28,903 bases of DNA, taken from a virus (lineage: Duplodnaviria; Caudoviricetes). Below, piece after piece: positions 18,147 through 26,097 of the stretch. The position numbers and the translations under genes are program-made. The stretch is from the IMG/VR virus record IMGVR_UViG_3300020043_005335, positions 1-28,903 of that record; one strand, written 5' to 3'. The notes below the pieces were generated by a model. It did no database searches. It worked only from the letters and a program-made list of their open reading frames with translations, and was not told the DNA's origin. The stretch's first letter is position 1. Each line of letters opens with the position of its first letter.

Positions 18147-18630
18147 TTATGAATGTTATGTATGGAATAGCAAGCCCTGCAGGTTGTTTAGCCAAAAACT
18201 TAGCTTTGTGCTTCAGGTGTGCATCAGTGTAGTGCTCAACAGGTCCAAGGTCCTCACGTTTGAAAAACACAGCCAATATCTTAGAGACATAGCCCTTATC
18301 CTTAGCCAATGAATACTTCTCAATGAGCTTTGTATCCCTCACGGTCATCTTCATTTCAGCCTTGTAGGTGTATCCTTCATGCTCAAGGGTATCAATGGTA
18401 GGGTATTCAAGATGCGGATGGCTATTAAACTCCTGCACTATTTTAATGAAGTCCTCAACCTCCATGTCATTAAAGTCCTTTTCAGGTATCCCAAGGTACT
18501 CAAATATCTTGAGGTGCTTTTCAATGGGGTCCAGGTTGCTATCACTGCCTAAATCAGTTATCTGCTCAAATTGTTCCACCGTCAGTTCGGTGATTAGGTT
18601 AGGTATTTCCTTGTCAAGTATTTTAATCAT
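18067..18630 (-). CDS. Hypothetical protein, putative tail assembly chaperone-like (paralog A; start revised to MIKILDK...)
   Basis: IPNLITELTVEQF, ILAVFFKR; ATG 18630 avoids overlap with the protease gene and follows a -7 element. Confidence 0.75.
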   Translation of the reverse strand: MIKILDKEIPNLITELTVEQFEQITDLGSDSNLDPIEKHLKIFEYLGIPEKDFNDMEVEDFIKIVQEFNSHPHLEYPTIDTLEHEGYTYKAEMKMTVRDTKLIEKYSLAKDKGYVSKILAVFFKREDLGPVEHYTDAHLKHKAKFLAKQPAGLAIPYITFISEKIKQQAPKQLEGGNSGGVDGDSED

Positions 18631-18642
18631 ATGCAATTTTTG

Positions 18643-18669
18643 AACAAATATAGAAAAAAAACAATATAA
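18643..18669 (+). promoter_or_regulatory. Putative late promoter copy 4: AACA-N14-ACAATATAA, GTG at 18672
   Basis: Same motif and same 2-nt distance to the start codon. Confidence 0.75.
18645..18652 (-). promoter_or_regulatory. Putative host-sigma -7 element (TATATTTG on minus strand) for the antisense gene pair
   Basis: CAAATATA on + strand, 14 nt from ATG 18630; -33 element poor. Confidence 0.55.
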
Positions 18670-18671
18670 AC

Positions 18672-19625
18672 GTGACCGAGTTACCAATCTACACCATTAC
18701 CATTGACCCTGAGTATGCAGAGGGTGGTGAGGACTTAGGCATTGAGGCTATTGCCTTCACGTCTAAGCCTGCTATCAAAGTAAAGGGGATGGCCTTCAAC
18801 CAACAAACCAAAGCATTGGCTTTCAAAGATGGATTGAAGTACCGTATTACTGCTCCTGCCATGATACCTATGGAGATTTACCGTAGAGATGATGAGACGG
18901 ATGAGGAGTACATGGTTAAGTTCACGGTTGAGGAGATAGATGCAATGCATTCTAAGTTCATGCAGCAGTTAGTTAACTCTGCTAAGTTTAACCTTGAGCA
19001 CAACGAAGAGAAAAAAGTACCTGCCTACATTCTTGAGGCATGGTTGGTAGATAAGCCCGAGCTTGACAAAGCATACACTACCTATGGCATCGAGGTGCCT
19101 GCAGGTACGTTGATGCTAACAGCTCAGATCACTGATATTGAATACTACAATAAACTGGTTGAAGAGGACCAGGTTGGTTTCAGCATTGAGGGCTTCATGG
19201 GTATGAAACTAAAATCTAAATATAATATGCAATTACCGGATGGAGAGCACCTCATTGAGGGCAAGATCTACGTGGTCAAGGATGGCCAAGTAGTCGAAAT
19301 TAAAGAAGAGGAAAAAGTCGAAGAGACCATGGAGCAGAAAGAGGAAGTGGCAATGGCTGATACTGTAGTGGAAGAGGAGGAAGTGAAGGAGGAAGTTGAG
19401 GCTGCTGTTGACCCTGCTATGGATGCTGAGGCTATCCTTGCTATTGTTCAGCCGATGATAGCTGAGCAAATCAATTCAGTTTTAGCTATAGTAGCTGAGC
19501 TTAAAAGTCAATTAGAGGAGGCTCTTGGAGCTGAGACTGAGGTAGAAGAGGAGACTATTGAGATTGATGCTAAGACTATGCTTGCTGAGAACCTAAGAAA
19601 GTTTAACCAATTTAATTCTAAATAA
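18672..19625 (+). CDS. Prohead serine protease (XkdF/S78_2-like) with acidic scaffold-like C-terminal half
   Basis: PAMIP..IYR, FNLEHN, ILEAWLV, VPAGT, GFSIEGF; Glu-rich tail; directly upstream of capsid gene. Confidence 0.85.
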   Translation: MTELPIYTITIDPEYAEGGEDLGIEAIAFTSKPAIKVKGMAFNQQTKALAFKDGLKYRITAPAMIPMEIYRRDDETDEEYMVKFTVEEIDAMHSKFMQQLVNSAKFNLEHNEEKKVPAYILEAWLVDKPELDKAYTTYGIEVPAGTLMLTAQITDIEYYNKLVEEDQVGFSIEGFMGMKLKSKYNMQLPDGEHLIEGKIYVVKDGQVVEIKEEEKVEETMEQKEEVAMADTVVEEEEVKEEVEAAVDPAMDAEAILAIVQPMIAEQINSVLAIVAELKSQLEEALGAETEVEEETIEIDAKTMLAENLRKFNQFNSK

Positions 19626-19626
19626 A

Positions 19627-20571
19627 ATGCGTAAATTAAAATTCGACCTACAAGTCGACCCAACAGCTTTATTGGCTGCAAACCCTGAGGCATTCTACTC
19701 CGCTGCCTACTTAACGTCGGATGTACCTAACAACTTCCGTACTTTGCCTGGTGTTAAATATCAGACTAAACTTGGTACTGTTGTTTTCGGTAATGTTTTA
19801 CAAAGCTCCACTTGTGCATGGCCAACTCCAGGCTCAAATGATGACTTGAGTGCAGTGTTGATTGACGTATGTGCTGTATCTGCTATGGCTCAAATTTGTC
19901 AATTCGACCTTGAGCAGTCATTCGTTTCTTTGCAAATGACTAAAGGATCTAACAGTGATTTCTCTGTTGCATCTTTCATGAACTTCTACTGGGAGACTAT
20001 GGCTAAGACTGTAGCTCAAGACATCGAAAGCATCCGTTGGCAAGGTGATACAGCTTCATTGAACCCTACACTTGCATTGTGTGATGGTTATGAGAAGAAG
20101 TTGACTGCTGGATTAACACCTCCTCCAGGAGTTACTCCTGTTATTAGCGGTGGTTCGGGTAACATCACTTCCTTCACTGCTCTTGAGACTGCTATCTCTA
20201 CTGCATTCGCTTTATTGCCTGCATCTGTAGCATCTAAGACTGAGGACCTACGCATCTACCTACCTACTCAATTGGTTAACATCTACCGATTAGGAGTAGC
20301 TTCAGGTAACACCAATGCATACATCACTCAAGATTTATCATTGACTTACTTAGGTATCAAAATCGTTCAGTGCCAAGGGATGTCTAACAATACTTTTGTT
20401 ATCACTTTGAAAGACAACCTTATCTATGCATTCGATGCTGAAGGAGATAGCTCTGATTTGCGTGCGGTTAACCTACGTGACACTGTTGCTGAGCCTTACA
20501 TCCGTACACGTGCGGACATGAAGATCGGCTTCCACTATGTTAACCCAGGTGAAATTGTTTTCTATCAATAA
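19627..20571 (+). CDS. Major capsid protein
   Basis: 314 aa after protease/scaffold; WQGDT...CDGYEK; followed by a terminator. Confidence 0.8.
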   Translation: MRKLKFDLQVDPTALLAANPEAFYSAAYLTSDVPNNFRTLPGVKYQTKLGTVVFGNVLQSSTCAWPTPGSNDDLSAVLIDVCAVSAMAQICQFDLEQSFVSLQMTKGSNSDFSVASFMNFYWETMAKTVAQDIESIRWQGDTASLNPTLALCDGYEKKLTAGLTPPPGVTPVISGGSGNITSFTALETAISTAFALLPASVASKTEDLRIYLPTQLVNIYRLGVASGNTNAYITQDLSLTYLGIKIVQCQGMSNNTFVITLKDNLIYAFDAEGDSSDLRAVNLRDTVAEPYIRTRADMKIGFHYVNPGEIVFYQ

Positions 20572-20581
20572 TAATAATCTT

Positions 20582-20606
20582 GAGCCCTCTGCAAAGGGGG
20601 CTCTTT
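20582..20606 (+). terminator. Intrinsic terminator/attenuator after capsid gene
   Basis: GAGCCCTCT-GCAA-AGGGGGCTC stem with GNRA loop, short T tract. Confidence 0.75.
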
Positions 20607-20620
20607 AATACTCTTTAATC

Positions 20621-21172
20621 ATGCCAAATGTTTGTCAAGCATTAGAAGCGGTTGCCAAGAGCTGTGAGAATAACTCAGGCGGCTTGCATGGGATAGCCTT
20701 AATCCCACAGGATGATGTAGTGAGTGTAACAGTTAACACAGTAGCACCTGGTGATTGGGAGGTTACAGGTTTCACATTAACAACGTTACCTTCTCCTATC
20801 CTATTCACTGACTATTACATCCGCAGAAACACATCTAACTACACTGAGGAGCTTGCTTCCGACCTTGTTAACGGTAGCTCATTCGTTACTCAGACCATTA
20901 ACTTAATTTTCCACCGCAGAGAGATGGCTACTTCACGAGCTATCAAAATCTTAGGTTCAGGACAGCAGTACCTATCTGCCATCGTAAAAGATGCTAACGG
21001 TAAGTATTGGTACTTCCCTTACTTGCAGTTATCTGCTTCAGGTGAAGGTTCCGGTACAGCTCGTGCAGATGGTAGTAAATACTCAGTTACTTTGGTTGCA
21101 GAAAATGAGTTCCTTGCATACGAGGTAACAATGAGCTCTTCAGCTCTTCAAGCTATCGGGGTGAACTTCTAA
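20621..21172 (+). CDS. Putative major tail tube protein
   Basis: 183 aa; C..NSGGL, NGSSFVTQT, AIVKDANGKYW, SGTARADGSKYSVTL. Confidence 0.65.
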   Translation: MPNVCQALEAVAKSCENNSGGLHGIALIPQDDVVSVTVNTVAPGDWEVTGFTLTTLPSPILFTDYYIRRNTSNYTEELASDLVNGSSFVTQTINLIFHRREMATSRAIKILGSGQQYLSAIVKDANGKYWYFPYLQLSASGEGSGTARADGSKYSVTLVAENEFLAYEVTMSSSALQAIGVNF

Positions 21173-21177
21173 TTTTG

Positions 21178-21205
21178 AACATTTCCATGTAGGTCTGACA
21201 ATATA
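21178..21205 (+). promoter_or_regulatory. Putative late promoter copy 5: AACA-N16-ACAATATA, ATG at 21212
   Basis: Intergenic; slightly degenerate copy. Confidence 0.7.
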
Positions 21206-21211
21206 TTTTAG

Positions 21212-21562
21212 ATGATCTACATAGCTCAAAATTCAAGTAACAAAATAGTCCTCACACTTACAGAGGTAACAACGGTGACAAACCCGAGTTACCTCTTTGT
21301 GTTTACCAACGAATATAACACAACGAGCACACCCATCTTATTCACTGCTGCAGATGCATCCTCGTATCCTGAGCGGTACAATTTATTTAATTTAGTAGAG
21401 CCCACTGACCTCAGCCTTGTTGTAGGCCAATACACCTATCAAATATATGAGAAGAGTGGACCATTCACCCTTCCGTTAAGCATTGCTCAGACTACAGGTG
21501 TAGTCATTGAGGAGGGTAGGATGGTAGTTAGTGGACCTGCACCTTCATCAGTATACACATAG
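21212..21562 (+). CDS. Hypothetical virion protein
   Basis: Beta-rich, GQYTYQIYE...VIEEGRM; structural block. Confidence 0.65.
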   Translation: MIYIAQNSSNKIVLTLTEVTTVTNPSYLFVFTNEYNTTSTPILFTAADASSYPERYNLFNLVEPTDLSLVVGQYTYQIYEKSGPFTLPLSIAQTTGVVIEEGRMVVSGPAPSSVYT

Positions 21563-21564
21563 AC

Positions 21565-22860
21565 ATGGCTTGGTACGATATATTTAGCAGAAAAAAAGAG
21601 CAGGGTCCTACCGTAGTGGAAGGATACCAGGCTTTCAGCACCCCATTCCTACCTGTTGGTAGAGGTAACCTAACTTTACCCTACGTCAATGGTAGATGGA
21701 CTGCAGGAAATTGGGTAGACTTCGGTGAGGGCAATATGTATCCGGAGGTGCTTAATCAAATGTACTTCAGTTCACCACTTCATGGTGCCATTGTGGACTT
21801 CAAGACCAATGCAGTTATTGGTGGAGGCTATGCCTTGGATGCTGATAAGCTAACAGCACAGGAGAAGGTGGACCTATACACCTGGGAGCGTAAGATTAAA
21901 CTCAAGCACACCGTTGAAGCGGTTACTCAGCAGTTAATTTTGCACAATCGGATATACTTTAAGCTCGTATTCAATGAGAAAGGTAAGCTAATAAAGGTAT
22001 ACAACGTAAGCCCTGAGAAAGTAAGGGTATCACGATGCAAGAAAAAGTACTATTTGAGCAATGATTGGAGCCAACGGTTGGATGTTGTAGAGATAAAGCC
22101 CTACCACATGACCTGCAAGGATGAGGTTCAGCTCTATTGCTATGAGGTTCACTCCGTTGGGCAGGACTACTATCCACTACCTCAGTATACATCTGCTTTG
22201 AACTTTGCATTTCTAAGCGGTGAGCTGTCATACTTCGCTAAGAGTAACATTCAAAACAGCATTTTCCCATCCTTTGCAATGATGTTCCCAAAAAGACCAC
22301 AGTCAGAGGAGGAGAAGCACATGATTAAGGAGACCATTGATAGGCTGAAGGGTGCACAGAATGCTGGTAAAGCGGTTGCATTTTTTGCCAATAGCCAGGA
22401 TCAACTTCCAAAAATTGAAGCATTACCAACCAACGCAAATGATAAGCTATTTCATGAGGCATCTGCCCTCAATACTGAGCAAATTTGCTTTGCTCACACT
22501 ATCGACCCTATTCTTATGGGCGTTAGAACCACAGGCTCCCTGGGTAGTGGCTCGGATATTAAGCAGGCTTATGTGATATTTGAGAAAAATGTAGTCAAGA
22601 AAATCCGTGCACAGGTAGAGACCATCTTCAATGAGCTCCTTGGAATAGCTAAGTTGCCTGCAGAGTTTACTATCAACAACTACCAAATCATTGGAGATAC
22701 TATTGTTGAGGTAGATGATGATACTACCCGGGTGAAAGAGGCACTAAACACCTTGAGTGAGCCATTACTCAACAAGGTCCTTGAAAAAATGACCACCAAT
22801 GAGATACGAGCCTTGGCTCAATTACCTCCTATTGACGAACCAACTAACACAGCTCAGTAA
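21565..22860 (+). CDS. Portal protein
   Basis: 431 aa; FGEGNMYP, SPLHGAIV..K...VIGGG, YYPLPQY, GAQNAGK, ICFAH.I.P.LMG. Confidence 0.85.
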   Translation: MAWYDIFSRKKEQGPTVVEGYQAFSTPFLPVGRGNLTLPYVNGRWTAGNWVDFGEGNMYPEVLNQMYFSSPLHGAIVDFKTNAVIGGGYALDADKLTAQEKVDLYTWERKIKLKHTVEAVTQQLILHNRIYFKLVFNEKGKLIKVYNVSPEKVRVSRCKKKYYLSNDWSQRLDVVEIKPYHMTCKDEVQLYCYEVHSVGQDYYPLPQYTSALNFAFLSGELSYFAKSNIQNSIFPSFAMMFPKRPQSEEEKHMIKETIDRLKGAQNAGKAVAFFANSQDQLPKIEALPTNANDKLFHEASALNTEQICFAHTIDPILMGVRTTGSLGSGSDIKQAYVIFEKNVVKKIRAQVETIFNELLGIAKLPAEFTINNYQIIGDTIVEVDDDTTRVKEALNTLSEPLLNKVLEKMTTNEIRALAQLPPIDEPTNTAQ

Positions 22861-23426
22861 TGCTTTACTTCATAACTGAAAACTACCTCAAGACCAACAC
22901 ACCCATCACAGCCAATGTGGATGTAACGGATGTGACCCCTTACATAGCTACTCAGAGTGCTCTAAGGATACAGCCTATCCTTGGCACTACATTCTACAAC
23001 CATCTACTGGATGCATACAATGCTCAGACCTTGACCAATGATGAGATAAACCTGGTTGAGTTTATTCAGCCGGTCATTGCATGGAGGTCAGCAGAAGATG
23101 CTGTGTTTGGTTTGAGCTATCAGTTAAAAAACAAAGGACTTCAGACTCAGAATGGTGACTACTCAGCAAGCGTATCACGTGGTGAGGTAGCCTTTGGCAT
23201 GGAGCACTATGCACAGAAGGCATCATTCTTTGAGCAGAGGCTGATCAGATGGCTATTGGCTAACAAAAATCTATTTCCAATTTTCATATCAGCACTCAAT
23301 ACAGATACTGACCTACGTCCTATGTTCGCAACGTGCCAGTGTATCACACCTTGGCAGTTGACTTGCACAGGAATGTGTGGTAACTTCCGTGAGAATGGGT
23401 ACAATAACAGCATATTGATCCTGTGA
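22860..23426 (+). CDS. Putative head-tail adaptor
   Basis: Helical protein after portal; NVD....PYI..Q...IQPILGT.FY. Confidence 0.6.
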   Translation: MLYFITENYLKTNTPITANVDVTDVTPYIATQSALRIQPILGTTFYNHLLDAYNAQTLTNDEINLVEFIQPVIAWRSAEDAVFGLSYQLKNKGLQTQNGDYSASVSRGEVAFGMEHYAQKASFFEQRLIRWLLANKNLFPIFISALNTDTDLRPMFATCQCITPWQLTCTGMCGNFRENGYNNSILIL

Positions 23427-23914
23427 AAACACAGCTATCCATATTATTTTCAGCGTTTCAATCTAAATGGCCCATATATATTAGCATGGTTAGTGCATTT
23501 TTTACACCCATTTGGGGGCTGATGTTCCTGATAGGGTTCGCAATTGGTATGGATACCGTTACAGGCATATGGAAAGCACGTAAGAAAAAGGAAAAAATCA
23601 GTTCACGCAGGTTGTCTGCTGTGATATCTAAGATGTTACTCTATGAGGTAACCGTGATTTTATTCTATCTCATTGACTATTTTATCCTAAATGATATAGT
23701 GTTGACATTTTTTTCTGTACCTTTAATGCTCACAAAGATACTTGCATTGATCCTGGTATCCATTGAGGTGGTCAGTATCAATGAAAATTACAAGGCAGTA
23801 AAGGGCCTTGACCTATGGCAGGCTATGAAAAACCTATTCGCAAGAGCTAAGGAAATCAAAAAGGACACGGATGAAATTAGACACAACCAAGATATTACAG
23901 GCACGCCTATCTGA
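23423..23914 (+). CDS. Holin (phage holin 4/toxin-secretion family-like)
   Basis: About 3 TM segments; DTVTGIWKA, ISSRRL, IEVVSINEN. Confidence 0.85.
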   Translation: MKTQLSILFSAFQSKWPIYISMVSAFFTPIWGLMFLIGFAIGMDTVTGIWKARKKKEKISSRRLSAVISKMLLYEVTVILFYLIDYFILNDIVLTFFSVPLMLTKILALILVSIEVVSINENYKAVKGLDLWQAMKNLFARAKEIKKDTDEIRHNQDITGTPI

Positions 23915-24518
23915 CAATCAATATTTTCCTGAGGAGTCTAAGAAAACACAGATCTACCTGCACCATACAGCAGGCAACGGTGATGCTGTAGCCGTATCAC
24001 GATGGTGGCAAAGCAATGCTGAGAGGATAGCTACTGCTTTTGTCATAGGTAACAAGGGTACAATAGTGCAATGCTTCAGCTCGAAGCACTGGGCATACCA
24101 CCTTGGCATAGATAACCAGGACTTTGCACCTCATGGGGTGAGATATCAGAACCTCAACAAGCTATCTGTAGGCATTGAGGTATGCAACTGGGGCCCATTA
24201 AAGCAGGTCAATGGAAAGTACATGAATTATGTGAAGGGTATTATTGACCCATCAGAGGTCACTATCCTGGATAAGCCCTTCAAAGGTCATGTGCTGTGGC
24301 ATAAATATACCGATGCACAGATTGAAAGCACCCGGCAGTTATTGGTGTACCTGTGTGAGACCTACAACATACCCAAGGCATACAGAAAAGAGATATTTGC
24401 CATTGATACGGAAGCCTTCAAAGGCACTCCAGGGATCTACACACATAACAGTGTACGAAAAGATAAGAGTGATATCTACCCATGCCCTCGAATGATAGCA
24501 ATGTTACAAGCATTATGA
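23871..24518 (+). CDS. Endolysin, N-acetylmuramoyl-L-alanine amidase (Amidase_2)
   Basis: IYLHHTAG, WAYHLG, SVGIEVCNWG, YTDAQIES, HNSVRKDKSD. Confidence 0.9.
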   Translation: MKLDTTKILQARLSDNQYFPEESKKTQIYLHHTAGNGDAVAVSRWWQSNAERIATAFVIGNKGTIVQCFSSKHWAYHLGIDNQDFAPHGVRYQNLNKLSVGIEVCNWGPLKQVNGKYMNYVKGIIDPSEVTILDKPFKGHVLWHKYTDAQIESTRQLLVYLCETYNIPKAYRKEIFAIDTEAFKGTPGIYTHNSVRKDKSDIYPCPRMIAMLQAL

Positions 24519-24949
24519 GATATATCCTACCATTATTGATACTGATCGTATCCTGTTCAGCTCCTAAGCGAGCTCAATGGCACTACAAGAGAGCCCTTGC
24601 TAATGGTCTCAAGGTAGAGCAGGATAGTGATACCATCCGGATAGCTACCATTGACAGCATCCCTGTTATTAAGAATGATACCATAGTATGGGAGAAAATT
24701 ATTGCGTATCGTGATACGGTTATACAGCATGATATAGTGACGATCCCTAAAACGAGGTGGCAGACCAGGGTAGAGATGCGAGAGAGAATAAAGATAGAGA
24801 AAATCAAAGGCGATACCATTGTACAGAAAGCCAAGGCAGAGCAGAAAGTCACCTACATTACCAGGTGGTGGCCGTTTTGGTTAGGCTTAGCCATACCCTT
24901 TGTGCTTCGATTGGCATGGTCAGCACTACTCAGTAAACTCAACAGATGA
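24515..24949 (+). CDS. Putative unimolecular spanin (start revised to MRYILPLL...)
   Basis: N-terminal lipobox IVSC plus C-terminal TM WWPFWLGLAIPFVL; follows holin and endolysin. Confidence 0.7.
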   Translation: MRYILPLLILIVSCSAPKRAQWHYKRALANGLKVEQDSDTIRIATIDSIPVIKNDTIVWEKIIAYRDTVIQHDIVTIPKTRWQTRVEMRERIKIEKIKGDTIVQKAKAEQKVTYITRWWPFWLGLAIPFVLRLAWSALLSKLNR

Positions 24950-25722
24950 GGAAACGTTTATTTTATGACATTGAGACCTCCTTCAATGTCGGTATATTCT
25001 GGCGAACGGGATATAACCTAACCATCAACCCGGGTGATATCATCCATGAGAGGGCTATTATTTGCATCTGCTATAAATGGGAAGGTGAGGATGAAATACA
25101 TAGCTTAACATGGTCCAAGAGCCAATGCGACAAGGCCATGCTCAAGGAGTTCATTAAAGTAATGGCTCAAGCCGATGAGATAGTGGCCCACAATGGTGAT
25201 AAGTTTGACCTCAAATGGGTGCGAACAAGAGCCTTATTCCATGGCATTGATGTAATGCCAACCGTTAAGACCATAGACACGCTTAAATGGGCTAAAAAAT
25301 ACTTTAATTTTAACAGCAACAAGCTCGACTACATTGCCAAATTGCTCAAGGTAGGGGCTAAGATGGATACAGGAGGGCTTGATTTGTGGAAGGATATAGT
25401 ATTTCGTAAGGACCAGGAGGCCCTAAATAAGATGGTAGCCTATTGCAAGATGGATGTTGAGGTACTTGAGGCGGTATTCAATAAGCTCAACAGCTATGCA
25501 ACCCCACAACATAACTATGCAGTGCAACATGGAGGTGAAAAATATGAATGTCCTGAATGTGGTAGCATCAATTACGCATACAATAAGAAGGTAGTAACTG
25601 CAGCAGGAACCGTACACCATTGGCTAAAGTGCAAAGAGTGTAAAAAACACAATAAAATAAACCACTTGGTATTCACTAAGTACCAGGAGTACATCTACAA
25701 GCGTAAGAAAAATATCTCTTAG
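24946..25722 (+). CDS. RNase H-like/DEDD 3'-5' exonuclease (YprB/RNase_H_2-like) with C-terminal Zn ribbon
   Basis: FYDIET, AHNGDKFD, IDTL, SNKLDYIA, YCKMDV; CPECG...CKEC. Confidence 0.85.
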   Translation: MRKRLFYDIETSFNVGIFWRTGYNLTINPGDIIHERAIICICYKWEGEDEIHSLTWSKSQCDKAMLKEFIKVMAQADEIVAHNGDKFDLKWVRTRALFHGIDVMPTVKTIDTLKWAKKYFNFNSNKLDYIAKLLKVGAKMDTGGLDLWKDIVFRKDQEALNKMVAYCKMDVEVLEAVFNKLNSYATPQHNYAVQHGGEKYECPECGSINYAYNKKVVTAAGTVHHWLKCKECKKHNKINHLVFTKYQEYIYKRKKNIS

Positions 25723-25767
25723 GTTAATAATTTAACCGTTTTTCACCACCTTTAAGTTAATTTTCTT

Positions 25768-25786
25768 ATTTAGAATCATTCTAAAT
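25768..25786. promoter_or_regulatory. Perfect 9-1-9 palindromic operator ATTTAGAAT-C-ATTCTAAAT (Fur-box-like)
   Basis: Exact inverted repeat in intergenic DNA 11 nt upstream of a -33 element. Confidence 0.7.
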
Positions 25787-25797
25787 TTCGTTGATAA

Positions 25798-25828
25798 TTT
25801 GTCAACATTGAAACTTTTTGTATATTTG
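25798..25828 (+). promoter_or_regulatory. Bacteroidota primary-sigma promoter (-33 TTTG, -7 TATATTTG) for the early operon
   Basis: TTTG 25798-25801, 19-nt spacer, TAnnTTTG 25821-25828. Confidence 0.85.
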
Positions 25829-25856
25829 TCAAGTATTAACATTTAAACATTTAGTT

Positions 25857-26018
25857 ATGACAGAAATTATCCTTGAAATGGAGCAGGAGCTCCGAGATGA
25901 AATGCAAGAAATGATTGATGCCTTCGGTCCAAGTGATCCAGGCACCGTATATGCAGCCACAAAGTGGGCTGTGATGGCAGATTTATTAACCCGATTAAAA
26001 CTTGAGCCCAATGATTAG
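25857..26018 (+). CDS. Small acidic hypothetical protein (start revised to MTEIILEM...)
   Basis: First ATG after promoter in A/T-rich context. Confidence 0.65.
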   Translation: MTEIILEMEQELRDEMQEMIDAFGPSDPGTVYAATKWAVMADLLTRLKLEPND

Positions 26019-26097
26019 AGAATTTTTACTAAGCAGCGTGTTGCTGATTGCTTCCCCATTCGTATTGTATTACCTTTTAAAACTTGTATTATGTTAG
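26011..26097 (+). CDS. 28-aa single-TM peptide (MIREFLLSSVLLIASPFVLYYLLKLVLC), not in ORF track
   Basis: Manual translation; fills the gap with short overlaps on both sides. Confidence 0.55.
   Translation: MIREFLLSSVLLIASPFVLYYLLKLVLC

Noticed and set aside
25722-25743. GGTTAA-TAAT-TTAACC followed by a T run as the late terminator
   Set aside because: Position fits but the AT-rich 6-bp stem is too weak to call with confidence
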